A DNA stretch of 64,000 bases. Origin: a candidate division FCPU426 bacterium (lineage in GTDB: Bacteria; Oederibacteriota; Muellerivitia; Muellerivitales; Muellerivitaceae). The position numbers and the translations under genes are program-made. The stretch is from positions 32,001-96,000 of the forward strand of contig CAWHOE010000027.1 in the NCBI GenBank assembly GCA_963830915.1, read 5' to 3'. The notes beneath the pieces were generated by a model. That model worked only from the letters and a program-made list of their open reading frames with translations. It was not told the origin of the DNA and made no database searches. Below, piece by piece: positions 32,806 to 41,067 of this stretch. Positions within the stretch are counted from its first letter, which is position 1, and each line of letters opens with the position of its first letter.

Positions 32806-33415
32806 TCTGGATAGTGCCGTTCTTGACCGCCGCCAAGAGCCACTTCTGCGTCTGGGCCTCGATATGTTTCTGGAATCTCTGTTCGAACCGGACCGCCCGA
32901 AAGATGCGGGTGGGGTCGTCGATGAAGCTCTGGTCGTGGAGGGCCCGGATACGGCCCCGGCGCAGGTCTTCCCGCCCCTGGAACGGGTCCAGGAGTTTGA
33001 AAAAGCACCCGGGCGTCAGGCTCAAGGCCATGGAGTTGATGGAAAAATCCCGGCGGTAAAGGTCCTGGACAATGTCGCTCTTTTCGACGTCAGGCAGGGC
33101 CCCCGGCCTCTCATAGCGCTCCGTACGGGCGGTGGCGATGTCCACTTTTCCGAAGCCCGGGACCACCACGATGGAGGTGCCGAAACGGCTGAAAGCTTCC
33201 ACCTCCGAGCCGGTCCGCTGGGCGAACTTTTCCGCGAAGGTGACCCCGTCCCCCACTACGGTGATATCGATATCCACGCCCGTCTTGCCCAGGAACAGGT
33301 CCCGGACGAAACCGCCCACGGCGTAGGCCGATTCGCCCCTTTCGTCGGCCAAACGGCCGACCTTTTTCAGGAGCGCCAGTGTCTTGGGGGGTATGTTCTT
33401 TTCAAACCGTTCCAT
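32800..33415 (-). CDS. cca: CCA/A-adding tRNA nucleotidyltransferase (3' truncated at junction)
   Basis: VGGFVRD, DIDI, DIATARTERY, DLYRRDFSIN, SFIDDPTRIFRAVRF; the C-terminal half is missing. Confidence 0.88.
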
Positions 33416-33450
33416 GAATCTTCCTTAGCAAAAATATCAACAAAACCTAT

Positions 33451-33563
33451 TTAACCACCAAGGGCACTAAGGGCACCAAGAAAAGCAATTAATATTTTTT
33501 AAAAACCAATAATAATCTTTAATCTTTCATCGTTCTTGGTGATCTTGGTGTACTTGGTGGTAA
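33451..33563. repeat. Inverted-repeat element with 9-nt periodic arms around an AT-rich core
   Basis: Left arm ACCACCAAG-GGCACTAAG-GGCACCAAG-AA; right arm TT-CTTGGTGAT-CTTGGTGTA-CTTGGTGGT. Confidence 0.85.
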
Positions 33564-33581
33564 AAAATCAGTTAATCTTTT

Positions 33582-33965
33582 TTAAACATTAAAACTGCCC
33601 TCGGCGGAAAAGGCGTCCTTCAGATGCCTGACCTTGGGGAGCCCCAGCCAATTCCTGTCGGGGCCGATCGCCACCACATCGAAGCGGCATAGGACGTTGG
33701 ACCGGGTCTGCCGGGACAAATAGACCGCCGCCGCCGCGGACAGGCGCTTGACCTTCCGGGGGGAAACCGCCTCTTGAGGCGTTCCCTTTCCACCGCTTCG
33801 TCTGGTTTTCACCTCGACGAAAACCAGTGTATCACCCTTAAGAAGGATCAGGTCGATCTCCCCCTGAGGGACACGATAATTGCGTTCCAGGACCTTGTAA
33901 CCTTTCAGAAGGAGATATGCCGCCGCCAGGTCCTCGCCTTTTTGGCCCTGTTGGTAAGTGCTCAA
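33582..33965 (-). CDS. yraN: YraN (UPF0102) family endonuclease-like protein
   Basis: GQKGEDLAAAYL, ERNYR..GEIDLI, LVFVEVKTR, RFDVV; follows rnhB. Confidence 0.9.
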   Translation of the reverse strand: MSTYQQGQKGEDLAAAYLLLKGYKVLERNYRVPQGEIDLILLKGDTLVFVEVKTRRSGGKGTPQEAVSPRKVKRLSAAAAVYLSRQTRSNVLCRFDVVAIGPDRNWLGLPKVRHLKDAFSAEGSFNV

Positions 33966-34954
33966 TCTTTTCCTCCGGAGGATCCATCCCCTTTGAACCG
34001 TTCCGCTATTCCGGCGTAGATCTGCCGTAGTTTTTCCAGGTCCTTGGCGGACATATTTTCCGAAGCCACCCTTTTGATGAGAAGACCGATCCTTTTGAGG
34101 TCCGAACCAGTTTTCGCCCCTTCCAATTTCGAGGTCCAGTATCCCAAAGGTCCGCCCGACGCTTCCCGAGCCAGTGCCTCGGCCACAGGGCCGAAGGTCA
34201 TTCGGTGTTCGGGGCACAATCCCTTTTCCTGGATGGCCTTCATGTGTTCGGCCGTGCCGTAACCCTTGTGGCTCAGGAATCTGTATTCCGGGTATTTCCG
34301 GTCGAGTTCCTCCATCATCCGGTCCCTGGTCACCTTGGCCATGATGGAAGCCGCGGCGATGCTGGCGGAGAGGGCGTCCCCATGGATGAGGGGTCTTTGG
34401 GGGATGTGGGGAAAGGAAGGGAGTTTCATGGCGTCGGTCAGCAAAAAATCCGGTGGTTTAGGCAGGTCGCGGATGGCCCGGTCCATGGCGAGCCTGGCGG
34501 CCTGAAAAATGTTCAATTCGTCGATCTCGGCCGCGCTGGCCTCGCCCAGACCGACGCCTTCGGCCTTTTGACGGATGACCTCGAACAGGGCGGCCCTTTT
34601 CTCGGGAGTGAGTTTCTTGGAGTCATCCACGCCCTTCAGGACCGTGCCGGGATAAAGCACGACCGCGCCGGCAACCACCGGCCCCGCCAGAGGGCCCCGG
34701 CCCGCCTCATCCACGCCCGCGATCAGGACATAGCCTTTCGCGGTCAGTTCTTTTTCATGGGCCCAAAGCCTGTCGAGCCGGAGGATCTCCGTCTCCTCGG
34801 CCTGGGCTTTTTTCAGGTATTTGGAAAGGAGATTTTTCGCCCCGGCCCGGGGGTCGTTCGTCAGTTCTTTTTTAAGGAACTCCAGGGCCAGGAGGGCGGA
34901 GCCTTCCTGGCGGGCCCTTTCTTCAAGGCTTGGGAGATGGGGAAGGAGTGGCAT
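33962..34954 (-). CDS. rnhB: Ribonuclease HII with N- and C-terminal extensions
   Basis: IAGVDEAGRGPLAGPVVA, DDSKKL, GDALSASIAAASIMAKVTRD, HKGYGT. Confidence 0.95.
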   Translation of the reverse strand: MPLLPHLPSLEERARQEGSALLALEFLKKELTNDPRAGAKNLLSKYLKKAQAEETEILRLDRLWAHEKELTAKGYVLIAGVDEAGRGPLAGPVVAGAVVLYPGTVLKGVDDSKKLTPEKRAALFEVIRQKAEGVGLGEASAAEIDELNIFQAARLAMDRAIRDLPKPPDFLLTDAMKLPSFPHIPQRPLIHGDALSASIAAASIMAKVTRDRMMEELDRKYPEYRFLSHKGYGTAEHMKAIQEKGLCPEHRMTFGPVAEALAREASGGPLGYWTSKLEGAKTGSDLKRIGLLIKRVASENMSAKDLEKLRQIYAGIAERFKGDGSSGGKD

Positions 34955-36575
34955 TGGCCGATCCGTCGTTGGAGTTATCCGCGTCATCGCCGGACGGCTG
35001 GGGCGTGGTGGACGGCGTGACCGCCGGTTTATCCTTGAGGGACGGCTCGGAGGAGGCCTTGCTGATGAGGGTAAGGGGTTCGGCCTCGGAGACGACCCGA
35101 TCCTGCGTCTTCAGCACGGCCTTCAGGATGACCGGATAATCCTTTTTCTCGCCCTTCTTGCTCTCGATCTGGACCGCGATGGTCTTCAATTCGGAGGTGA
35201 CGATGGTCCCCAGTTCCAATTGCATGGCGTTGTCCTTCATGACCCAAGTTCCCGCGATGGGAACGGCAGTCTTGAGTTTTGGCGGAGCGGGGGTCGGGCT
35301 TCCAGCCGTGGGCGTGGTGGCCAGAGTGGGGGTAGGGGTGACGGTCGGGGTGAGTGTCTTGGCCGTCATCCAGGCCGGCACGGGGGTCGGAGTCTGGGTG
35401 ACTTCCTTGGGTTGATAGGGTTCCAGTCCCTTCGGGAGTTCCAGCGAGAAGGTGACCGCGGGAGAGGTCTTAGGACTCTGGTTCATCAAATTATAGTTCA
35501 CGGTCCAATATGGCTCGGCCTTGGTGGGTTTCTTGACATTCTGGGCCTTGAAGAGGAAGGAGAACTTGGCTGGCTCCCCATTGGGCTCGAACCTGAGGAA
35601 AGTACCGCTCTGGCCCACGATGAAACCCAGGTCCTTACAAAAGGCCACGCTGTTCAGGGCTGGTTTGGTCGGGGGTTTCTGGTGGGAGATCCATCGGGTC
35701 CCATCGTAATAAATGATGGTCCCGTCCTGGCCGACGGCCCAGCCGTCGCTGTCGTTACGCATGAAGATATGGTAGAGGTCGAATCCCGAGAAGGCGCTGC
35801 CCATTTTGTTCCAAGTGGTCCCGTTGAACTGGATGATGGTGCCGAAAGCCCCGACCGCCCAAGCCTGGACATCATTGATGGCTGAAACGGAGTTGAGTTT
35901 TTCAGTGGTGACGCTGGTGGTGAAAGGGGTCCACTTGCCGTCATAGCGGAGGATCAACCCTCGGTTCCCTACCGCCCAACCGTTGTTCTGATCGGCCATA
36001 CTGATGCTGTTGATGTCATCCTTGACCGTCACACCGGAAGCGGAGACATAGATCTGTCCCCAGGAGATGCCGTTGTAGTTCAGCAGGGTCCCGTTGGAGC
36101 CCACCACCCAGACCGAATTGGACCGGCTCACCGTGGCTTCATAAAGGGTTTCCTCGGTAGGAGAGGCGTCCTGGCTCCAGTTGCCGTTGTTGTAGTGGAG
36201 GATGATCCCGTGGGTTCCCACGATCCACCCCTCGGTCTCACTGGCGAAAGCCGCCGCCATCAGGTTCTCGTTCTTGGCGTAACCCGTCTCGACCTGGGAC
36301 CAGGTCTCCCCATCCCACTTCAATACGGTGCCGTTGTTGCCGCAGGCCCACCCCAGTTTTTTCGAGACCAGGCATACCCCATTCAAGGGATCGGTCAGGG
36401 TGAAAGTGACGGGAAAGGCAGTCCAGTAAACGACATCGGAATCGGAGAAAGAGGATGCGTCCGGCGTGGAGGATTTGGCGGGGGAAAGGGGCGTGACAGC
36501 CCCGCTGCCCGTACAACCCACGATGGTCCCCAAGACCAGGAGGGTCAGGAAGAGTCCGATAATTAAGGTTTTCAT
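34923..36575 (-). CDS. Secreted lipoprotein with W-rich beta-propeller repeats (Ycf48/BNR-like) and PT-rich C-terminal region
   Basis: IVGC lipobox; about seven W(A/I/V)VG..G.I(L/I).(Y/F)(D/N)G..W repeats. Confidence 0.75.
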   Translation of the reverse strand: MKTLIIGLFLTLLVLGTIVGCTGSGAVTPLSPAKSSTPDASSFSDSDVVYWTAFPVTFTLTDPLNGVCLVSKKLGWACGNNGTVLKWDGETWSQVETGYAKNENLMAAAFASETEGWIVGTHGIILHYNNGNWSQDASPTEETLYEATVSRSNSVWVVGSNGTLLNYNGISWGQIYVSASGVTVKDDINSISMADQNNGWAVGNRGLILRYDGKWTPFTTSVTTEKLNSVSAINDVQAWAVGAFGTIIQFNGTTWNKMGSAFSGFDLYHIFMRNDSDGWAVGQDGTIIYYDGTRWISHQKPPTKPALNSVAFCKDLGFIVGQSGTFLRFEPNGEPAKFSFLFKAQNVKKPTKAEPYWTVNYNLMNQSPKTSPAVTFSLELPKGLEPYQPKEVTQTPTPVPAWMTAKTLTPTVTPTPTLATTPTAGSPTPAPPKLKTAVPIAGTWVMKDNAMQLELGTIVTSELKTIAVQIESKKGEKKDYPVILKAVLKTQDRVVSEAEPLTLISKASSEPSLKDKPAVTPSTTPQPSGDDADNSNDGSANATPSPSPKP

Positions 36576-36627
36576 GACGGCTATCCTACCTTTGACGGGA
36601 GGGCTGTTCAAGGGAATGCCGTTCCAT

Positions 36628-36659
36628 AAAAAAACCGTCCCGCTGACGCGGGACGGTTT
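36628..36659 (-). terminator. Rho-independent terminator after rplS
   Basis: AAACCGTCCCGC-TGAC-GCGGGACGGTTT hairpin with T-run on the minus strand. Confidence 0.85.
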
Positions 36660-36693
36660 CGGAAAGACTTCTTTTGTTACAGCCTGGTGAAAA

Positions 36694-37170
36694 TCAGGCT
36701 TTTTCTTTCTTCTCGGCCTTCGGTTCCACAGCGGCTTCGACCGGCTTCTCGACCGGAACGGCTTCCGCCACGGCGACCGGCGCTTGCTCTTGGGCTTCCT
36801 CGCCCGGGACCCGGATGGCCCTCTTGTTTTCCTGGATACGGGTGTCTTTTTTGTTCAGCTTGCCCCGCAGGTAGAACAACTTGGCCCGGCGGACCTTGCC
36901 TGAACGGACCGTCTTAACATCCTTGATCATGGGGGATTGGTAGAAGAAGGTCTTCTCCACACCCACACCGTAGGACAGTTTGCGCACGGTGAAACGAAGC
37001 TTCGCTCCGCCGCCCTGGATGCCGACGACCAGGCCTTCATAGACCTGGATCCTTTCCTTCTCCCCTTCCTTGATGCGAAGGGAAACCTTGACCGTATCCC
37101 CGACCCTGAAGGGAACCGCTCCCTTTCGGATGATCTGGCTTTTTTCGATCTTGCGTATGATCTCGTTCAT
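36694..37170 (-). CDS. rplS: 50S ribosomal protein L19
   Basis: FRVGDTVKV, ERIQVYEG, FTVRKLSYGVGVEK, GKVRRAKLFYLR. Confidence 0.97.
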   Translation of the reverse strand: MNEIIRKIEKSQIIRKGAVPFRVGDTVKVSLRIKEGEKERIQVYEGLVVGIQGGGAKLRFTVRKLSYGVGVEKTFFYQSPMIKDVKTVRSGKVRRAKLFYLRGKLNKKDTRIQENKRAIRVPGEEAQEQAPVAVAEAVPVEKPVEAAVEPKAEKKEKA

Positions 37171-37967
37171 TTTTTCTTTCCTCCGGCTCTCGTCCCCCGC
37201 GCTTTGGGCGGTTGGCTTTTTGTTTGGTTTTCCATCTCCCCCCGGACCTCGTCCAGGAGTTCTTGCTGTTCTTCCGTCAAAACCACCCTTTCCAACAGAT
37301 CGGGCCGCTTGAGGAGGGTGTTCCTCAGGGACTCTTTTTGTCTCCATCGTTCGATCCGGGCATGGTTGCCAGAAAGGAGGACCTCCGGCACCTGCATCCC
37401 CTTGAAGACGCGGGGACGAGTATAGTGCGGATAATCCAATAATCCATTAAAAAAGCTGTCACGCTCGACCGACCGTTTATCCCCAACCACTCCCGGCAAA
37501 AACCTCGCCAAACTATCGATGATCACGGCGGCCGCCGGTTCCCCGCCCGTCAAGACGTAATCTCCCAGACTTACTTCCCCGTCGATGCATCCCATGACCC
37601 TCTCATCCAGGCCCTCATAATGGCCGCAGACGAAAAGAAGGGACTTTTCTTCCGCCAGCGATAACGCCATCGAATGGTCGAAGGTCTTTCCCTGGGGCGA
37701 CATCAGCAGGGTCCGGACCTTCTTACGGCCCTTCTTGATGGCCGCGATCGCCTTCAACAGGGGCTCGGGCTTCATCACCATCCCGGCTCCCCCGCCGAAC
37801 GGAACGTCATCGGCGGTATTGCGTTTGTCCGTCGTAAAGGCCCTGAGATCATGGACCCGAAGGTCCAGGGCTTTCTTGTCGACCGCCCGCTTGACCATGC
37901 TCACGGTCAAGGGCCCCCGGAAATAATCCGGGAATAGGGTCAGGATATCAATCCGTGTTGTCCGCAT
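37167..37967 (-). CDS. trmD: tRNA (guanine-37-N1)-methyltransferase
   Basis: LTLFP, FGGGAGMVMK, CGHYEGLDER, SLGDYVLTGGE, LDYPHYTRP, LLSGNH. Confidence 0.97.
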   Translation of the reverse strand: MRTTRIDILTLFPDYFRGPLTVSMVKRAVDKKALDLRVHDLRAFTTDKRNTADDVPFGGGAGMVMKPEPLLKAIAAIKKGRKKVRTLLMSPQGKTFDHSMALSLAEEKSLLFVCGHYEGLDERVMGCIDGEVSLGDYVLTGGEPAAAVIIDSLARFLPGVVGDKRSVERDSFFNGLLDYPHYTRPRVFKGMQVPEVLLSGNHARIERWRQKESLRNTLLKRPDLLERVVLTEEQQELLDEVRGEMENQTKSQPPKARGTRAGGKKK

Positions 37968-38505
37968 CGATCTCTTCCGGCAGTGACACCACCATGGTCT
38001 TCGAAGTCAGGTCCACCTTTTGGATGACCGACCTGAGCATCGGGATCAGGGTTTCGGCCCCGCCCTTCCTCACCACACAAACCCCATTCGCGCCTTCTAG
38101 CACATCCTCGACGGTTCCCAGTTCCAGGCCTTCCTCGGTCTGGACCTTGAGTCCCACCAGATCATTGATATAGAAGCTTCCTTCCGGAAGCTCGGCCCGG
38201 TCCCCAGCGGGGATGGCCAAATGGCAGCCCCTTAGGGTTTCCGCCTCGTCGACGCCCTCGATCTCCTTGACCCTTACCACCACATCCCCGTCTGGATGGT
38301 GGAAGGAACGGATGATCGTGGCCTTTTTTAGTTCTTTCCCATCCCTCACCAGCCTCAAGGACGGACAGGTAACCAACCGGTCCAGGCCTGAACAGGAAAG
38401 GGACAACTTCACCTCACCCTTTAAGCCGTGGGGGCGAACGATGGTACCCAGGACAACAAAGTCATCGGATGGCTCGCCAGGCTTTGGTTGGGGAGTGTTA
38501 TTCAA
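37948..38505 (-). CDS. rimM: 16S rRNA processing protein RimM
   Basis: GTIVRPHGLKGEV, FYINDLVGL, LIPM; synteny. Confidence 0.93.
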   Translation of the reverse strand: MNNTPQPKPGEPSDDFVVLGTIVRPHGLKGEVKLSLSCSGLDRLVTCPSLRLVRDGKELKKATIIRSFHHPDGDVVVRVKEIEGVDEAETLRGCHLAIPAGDRAELPEGSFYINDLVGLKVQTEEGLELGTVEDVLEGANGVCVVRKGGAETLIPMLRSVIQKVDLTSKTMVVSLPEEIDADNTD

Positions 38506-38728
38506 CGACTTCGAGGGAATATTTCAGCCCATTCTTGGCGCAGGAAGCGGAGACCAGGGTCCGCAGGGCCTTGATGGTGCGGCCCTGTTTGCCGATGATC
38601 TTCCCATAATCCTCTTTGGAAACACGAAGTTCCAGGACCGTCAGATTGCCTTCCAGTCTCTGCTCCAAGGCCACGCTTTCCGGCTTGTCGACCAGGGACT
38701 TCGCGACGAATTCAATTAGTTCTTTCAT
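38498..38728 (-). CDS. khpA: KH-domain RNA-binding protein KhpA
   Basis: LVDKPESV, DYGKIIGKQGRTIKALR. Confidence 0.93.
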   Translation of the reverse strand: MKELIEFVAKSLVDKPESVALEQRLEGNLTVLELRVSKEDYGKIIGKQGRTIKALRTLVSASCAKNGLKYSLEVVE

Positions 38729-38759
38729 GACGCCTTCTTTATTCATTATTGGGTTAGGA

Positions 38760-39008
38760 TCAGACCTTGACGCTGGCTTTTTTCAGGATGCCTTTCACCG
38801 TGTCGGAAAGAACGGCCCCTTTTTTCACCCAATCCTGGATGGCTTCGGTTTTCAGGTTCATCACGCTGTTATCGGCGGAACGGGGTATATAGGTACCCAG
38901 ATCCTGGACCCTTCGGCCTTTGCCGGAGAACCGGCTATCCACGACGATGATTCGATAAAAGGGCTTCTTGCTGCTTCCCATGCGTTTTAAGCGGATCTTG
39001 ACGGACAC
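38760..39008 (-). CDS. rpsP: 30S ribosomal protein S16
   Basis: VKIRLKRMG..KKPFYRIIV.DSR, GAVLSDTV. Confidence 0.96.
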   Translation of the reverse strand: MSVKIRLKRMGSSKKPFYRIIVVDSRFSGKGRRVQDLGTYIPRSADNSVMNLKTEAIQDWVKKGAVLSDTVKGILKKASVKV

Positions 39009-39305
39009 AATGCCTCCTAAGAATGTTAAAGACTTAAATGAACGACCCCGCCTCGTGCGGCGGTTCCCGCCCAGTGGGGGGGGCTTTCGTTACTATCCGA
39101 CTTGGTTTGTAAGGAAAGGAACGAGAATTCTAAAAACCTGGTCAAGGTTTGTCAAGGAAATAGGCCCAAAATCAGGCGGTATCGGCTTTTAATGGGTATA
39201 AATGGTGTCGCGGAAGAAAACAAATGAGGGTTTCAGTGAACACATTCCGACAAATTACGGGTGAACCCCTTCTTGTACTAAGACCCTGAATACCGACGAA
39301 AAAAA

Positions 39306-39381
39306 TGGAGCTGGGGACCGGGATTGAACCGGCGACCTGCTGTTTACGAAACAGCTGCTCTACCAGCTGAGCTACCCCAGC
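39306..39381 (-). tRNA. tRNA-Thr(CGT) with encoded CCA
   Basis: GCTGGGGTAGCTCAGCTGGTAGAGCA-GCTGT-TTCGTAA-ACAGC...GCCGGTTCAATCCCGGT-CCCCAGC-TCCA. Confidence 0.96.
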
Positions 39382-39591
39382 GTCGAACCCACAAGGTGAG
39401 ACGCACGAATTAGGAGTACTAATTTCGATTAGAAATTAGTGCCCCAGCACCGAATCAATCAGACGAGGGCATGTTTTGGGTGTCCCAAGTTTAATCAAAA
39501 CTTGGGACCCTAGCACCGAGGTCACAAACCGAGGTGCGAATTCGGGAGTGCCAATTTCAATTAGAAATTGGTACCCCAGCGTCGAACCCAC
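39373..39591. repeat. Array of three ~42-bp hairpin units at 65-66-bp period, bounded by a 20-bp direct repeat of the tRNA 5' end
   Basis: Units at 39407-39448, 39473-39514 and 39538-39580; TACCCCAGCGTCGAACCCAC at 39373-39392 and 39572-39591. Confidence 0.9.
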
Positions 39592-39652
39592 GCAGACCGA
39601 AAGTTTACCTAATCATACCGACTTCTGGCAGTTTTTTTGATCGACCTGCTAA

Positions 39653-39690
39653 AAAATGAATCCCCGAGTTCTCAAGGAAAACCCGGGGAT
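39653..39690 (-). terminator. Probable intrinsic terminator after the CBM-like gene
   Basis: ATCCCCG(A)GTT...AACCCGGGGAT imperfect stem followed by a T-rich run on the minus strand. Confidence 0.6.
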
Positions 39691-39713
39691 CCTTTGATCA
39701 TCAAGCTTTCAGA

Positions 39714-40826
39714 TTACTTAGCGACGACCTTATCGACCGCGAATACGAACTTACCCACGGTTTTCGGCTGGATGTTGAAGGTTTTCACCAGGCTGAAATC
39801 CTGAGCGGCGCCCTTCACCGCGTCCGGCGGGGTGTAATAAGGATCCAACTTGAAGGAATCCAGTGAAACAGTGATGTTCTCCCACTTTCCGCCGCCCTTG
39901 GTGGAAGGAGCTTCCGCCACATATTGGTTGTTGTTCTTGTCCTTCAAGGCCAACCCGAGGACTACCGGATCCTTGGAGAAAACCGTCAGGGTGAGATTCT
40001 TGGCTCCCACCAGACTGATCCCGTCCCAGGTTTGCCCGGCCCGGCACCACATGCCGCAATAGCCGCCGTTGACATAGTTATAGGTCACGAAGAGATATTT
40101 TTTCTTCGGCCCGGTCTTGAAACTGACCACATAAGAAGAACCATTGCTGTCCTGGAAAGTTCCATAGGTTTTCGGATCATCGGTTGAAAAGTCGGAAACG
40201 ACGACCGCGCTTCCGTTAGAAACGGCCGGAGCCGCCGCCGCGGGGGCCGCGGACGCACCCGCGCTGGCATTCGCCGCGCCGCCACCCTTATCGGAAGAAA
40301 TAGGTCCGACCTCGATGACCGCCGCTCCCACGATGTGGGAGGCCAGGTTCATGCCCGTGGTCTTGCTCAGGTCCATGGGATGTCCCGTGACCGCGTCAGA
40401 GGGAGTGTAATAAGGGTCCTTGATGAAGGATGAGACAGCGATGGTGACCGGCGCCCAATCCCCAGCCGCAACCTGGAAGTTGGAGATATATTGCATGTTA
40501 TAAGCGTCCTTCAAAGCCATCTGCATCTCGCCCGCGACCGTTGACTTGGCCATGAAGACCAGGTTGCCGGCTTGGGACAGATCGGTGGAGATGTTGTGCC
40601 AGATCCCAACGTATCCGCCTTGGGCCAGGGTGACGGTCAGCTTGATGGCCTTGGCTCCGCTAGGCCCAGCGTCCGTGGCGAAATCGATCTTCGAACCGGT
40701 GGAATCGGCGTAGGTTCCGGTGTTGGTGCTAGGTACGACATTGGACCAGTCCTCGATGACTCCCGCCCAAGCGCTCGAAACCTGCAACGCGAGGGAGATG
40801 AGCGCGCATCCTAAAAACTTTTTCAT
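39714..40826 (-). CDS. Secreted protein with two tandem CBM11/CIA30-like domains
   Basis: Signal peptide (AWA); two homologous halves (GTY.DS.GS; GGY.G.W; ALKD..N.QY; W...T.....F..DPYYTP.DAV.G) joined by an Ala/Pro linker. Confidence 0.72.
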   Translation of the reverse strand: MKKFLGCALISLALQVSSAWAGVIEDWSNVVPSTNTGTYADSTGSKIDFATDAGPSGAKAIKLTVTLAQGGYVGIWHNISTDLSQAGNLVFMAKSTVAGEMQMALKDAYNMQYISNFQVAAGDWAPVTIAVSSFIKDPYYTPSDAVTGHPMDLSKTTGMNLASHIVGAAVIEVGPISSDKGGGAANASAGASAAPAAAAPAVSNGSAVVVSDFSTDDPKTYGTFQDSNGSSYVVSFKTGPKKKYLFVTYNYVNGGYCGMWCRAGQTWDGISLVGAKNLTLTVFSKDPVVLGLALKDKNNNQYVAEAPSTKGGGKWENITVSLDSFKLDPYYTPPDAVKGAAQDFSLVKTFNIQPKTVGKFVFAVDKVVAK

Positions 40827-40856
40827 CCTAGACTCCTTTAAAATAATTCAAGATCC

Positions 40857-41039
40857 TTACAACGTATCTTCGATCAAACCCAAACAGATCAGCTCGATGA
40901 CCACCATGACCGTCGCTTCCACGATATAACTCATGATCGGTGGACGACCGTTCCCAAATACGAAGTTGATCATGGCGATGAAAGAGTAGTTCCCGAACCA
41001 CAACACGAACGCTAACCGTTGCAAACTAAAGTTTTTCAT
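40857..41039 (-). CDS. Small two-helix membrane protein
   Basis: 60-aa ORF filling the gap after ruvA; upstream purine-rich RBS-like sequence; two hydrophobic stretches. Confidence 0.5.
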   Translation of the reverse strand: MKNFSLQRLAFVLWFGNYSFIAMINFVFGNGRPPIMSYIVEATVMVVIELICLGLIEDTL

Positions 41040-41067
41040 GACAATTCCCCGCTCGTTCCATGAAAGT

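Noticed and set aside
39040..39112. SRP RNA (ffs) upstream of rpsP
   Set aside because: Lacks the conserved helix-8 CAGG...GGAA...AGCAG pattern.
39382..39591. CRISPR array interpretation of the hairpin repeats
   Set aside because: The repeats diverge with covariation, the linkers resemble one another and the tRNA leader, and no cas genes are in the window. Reported instead as a tRNA-associated hairpin array.
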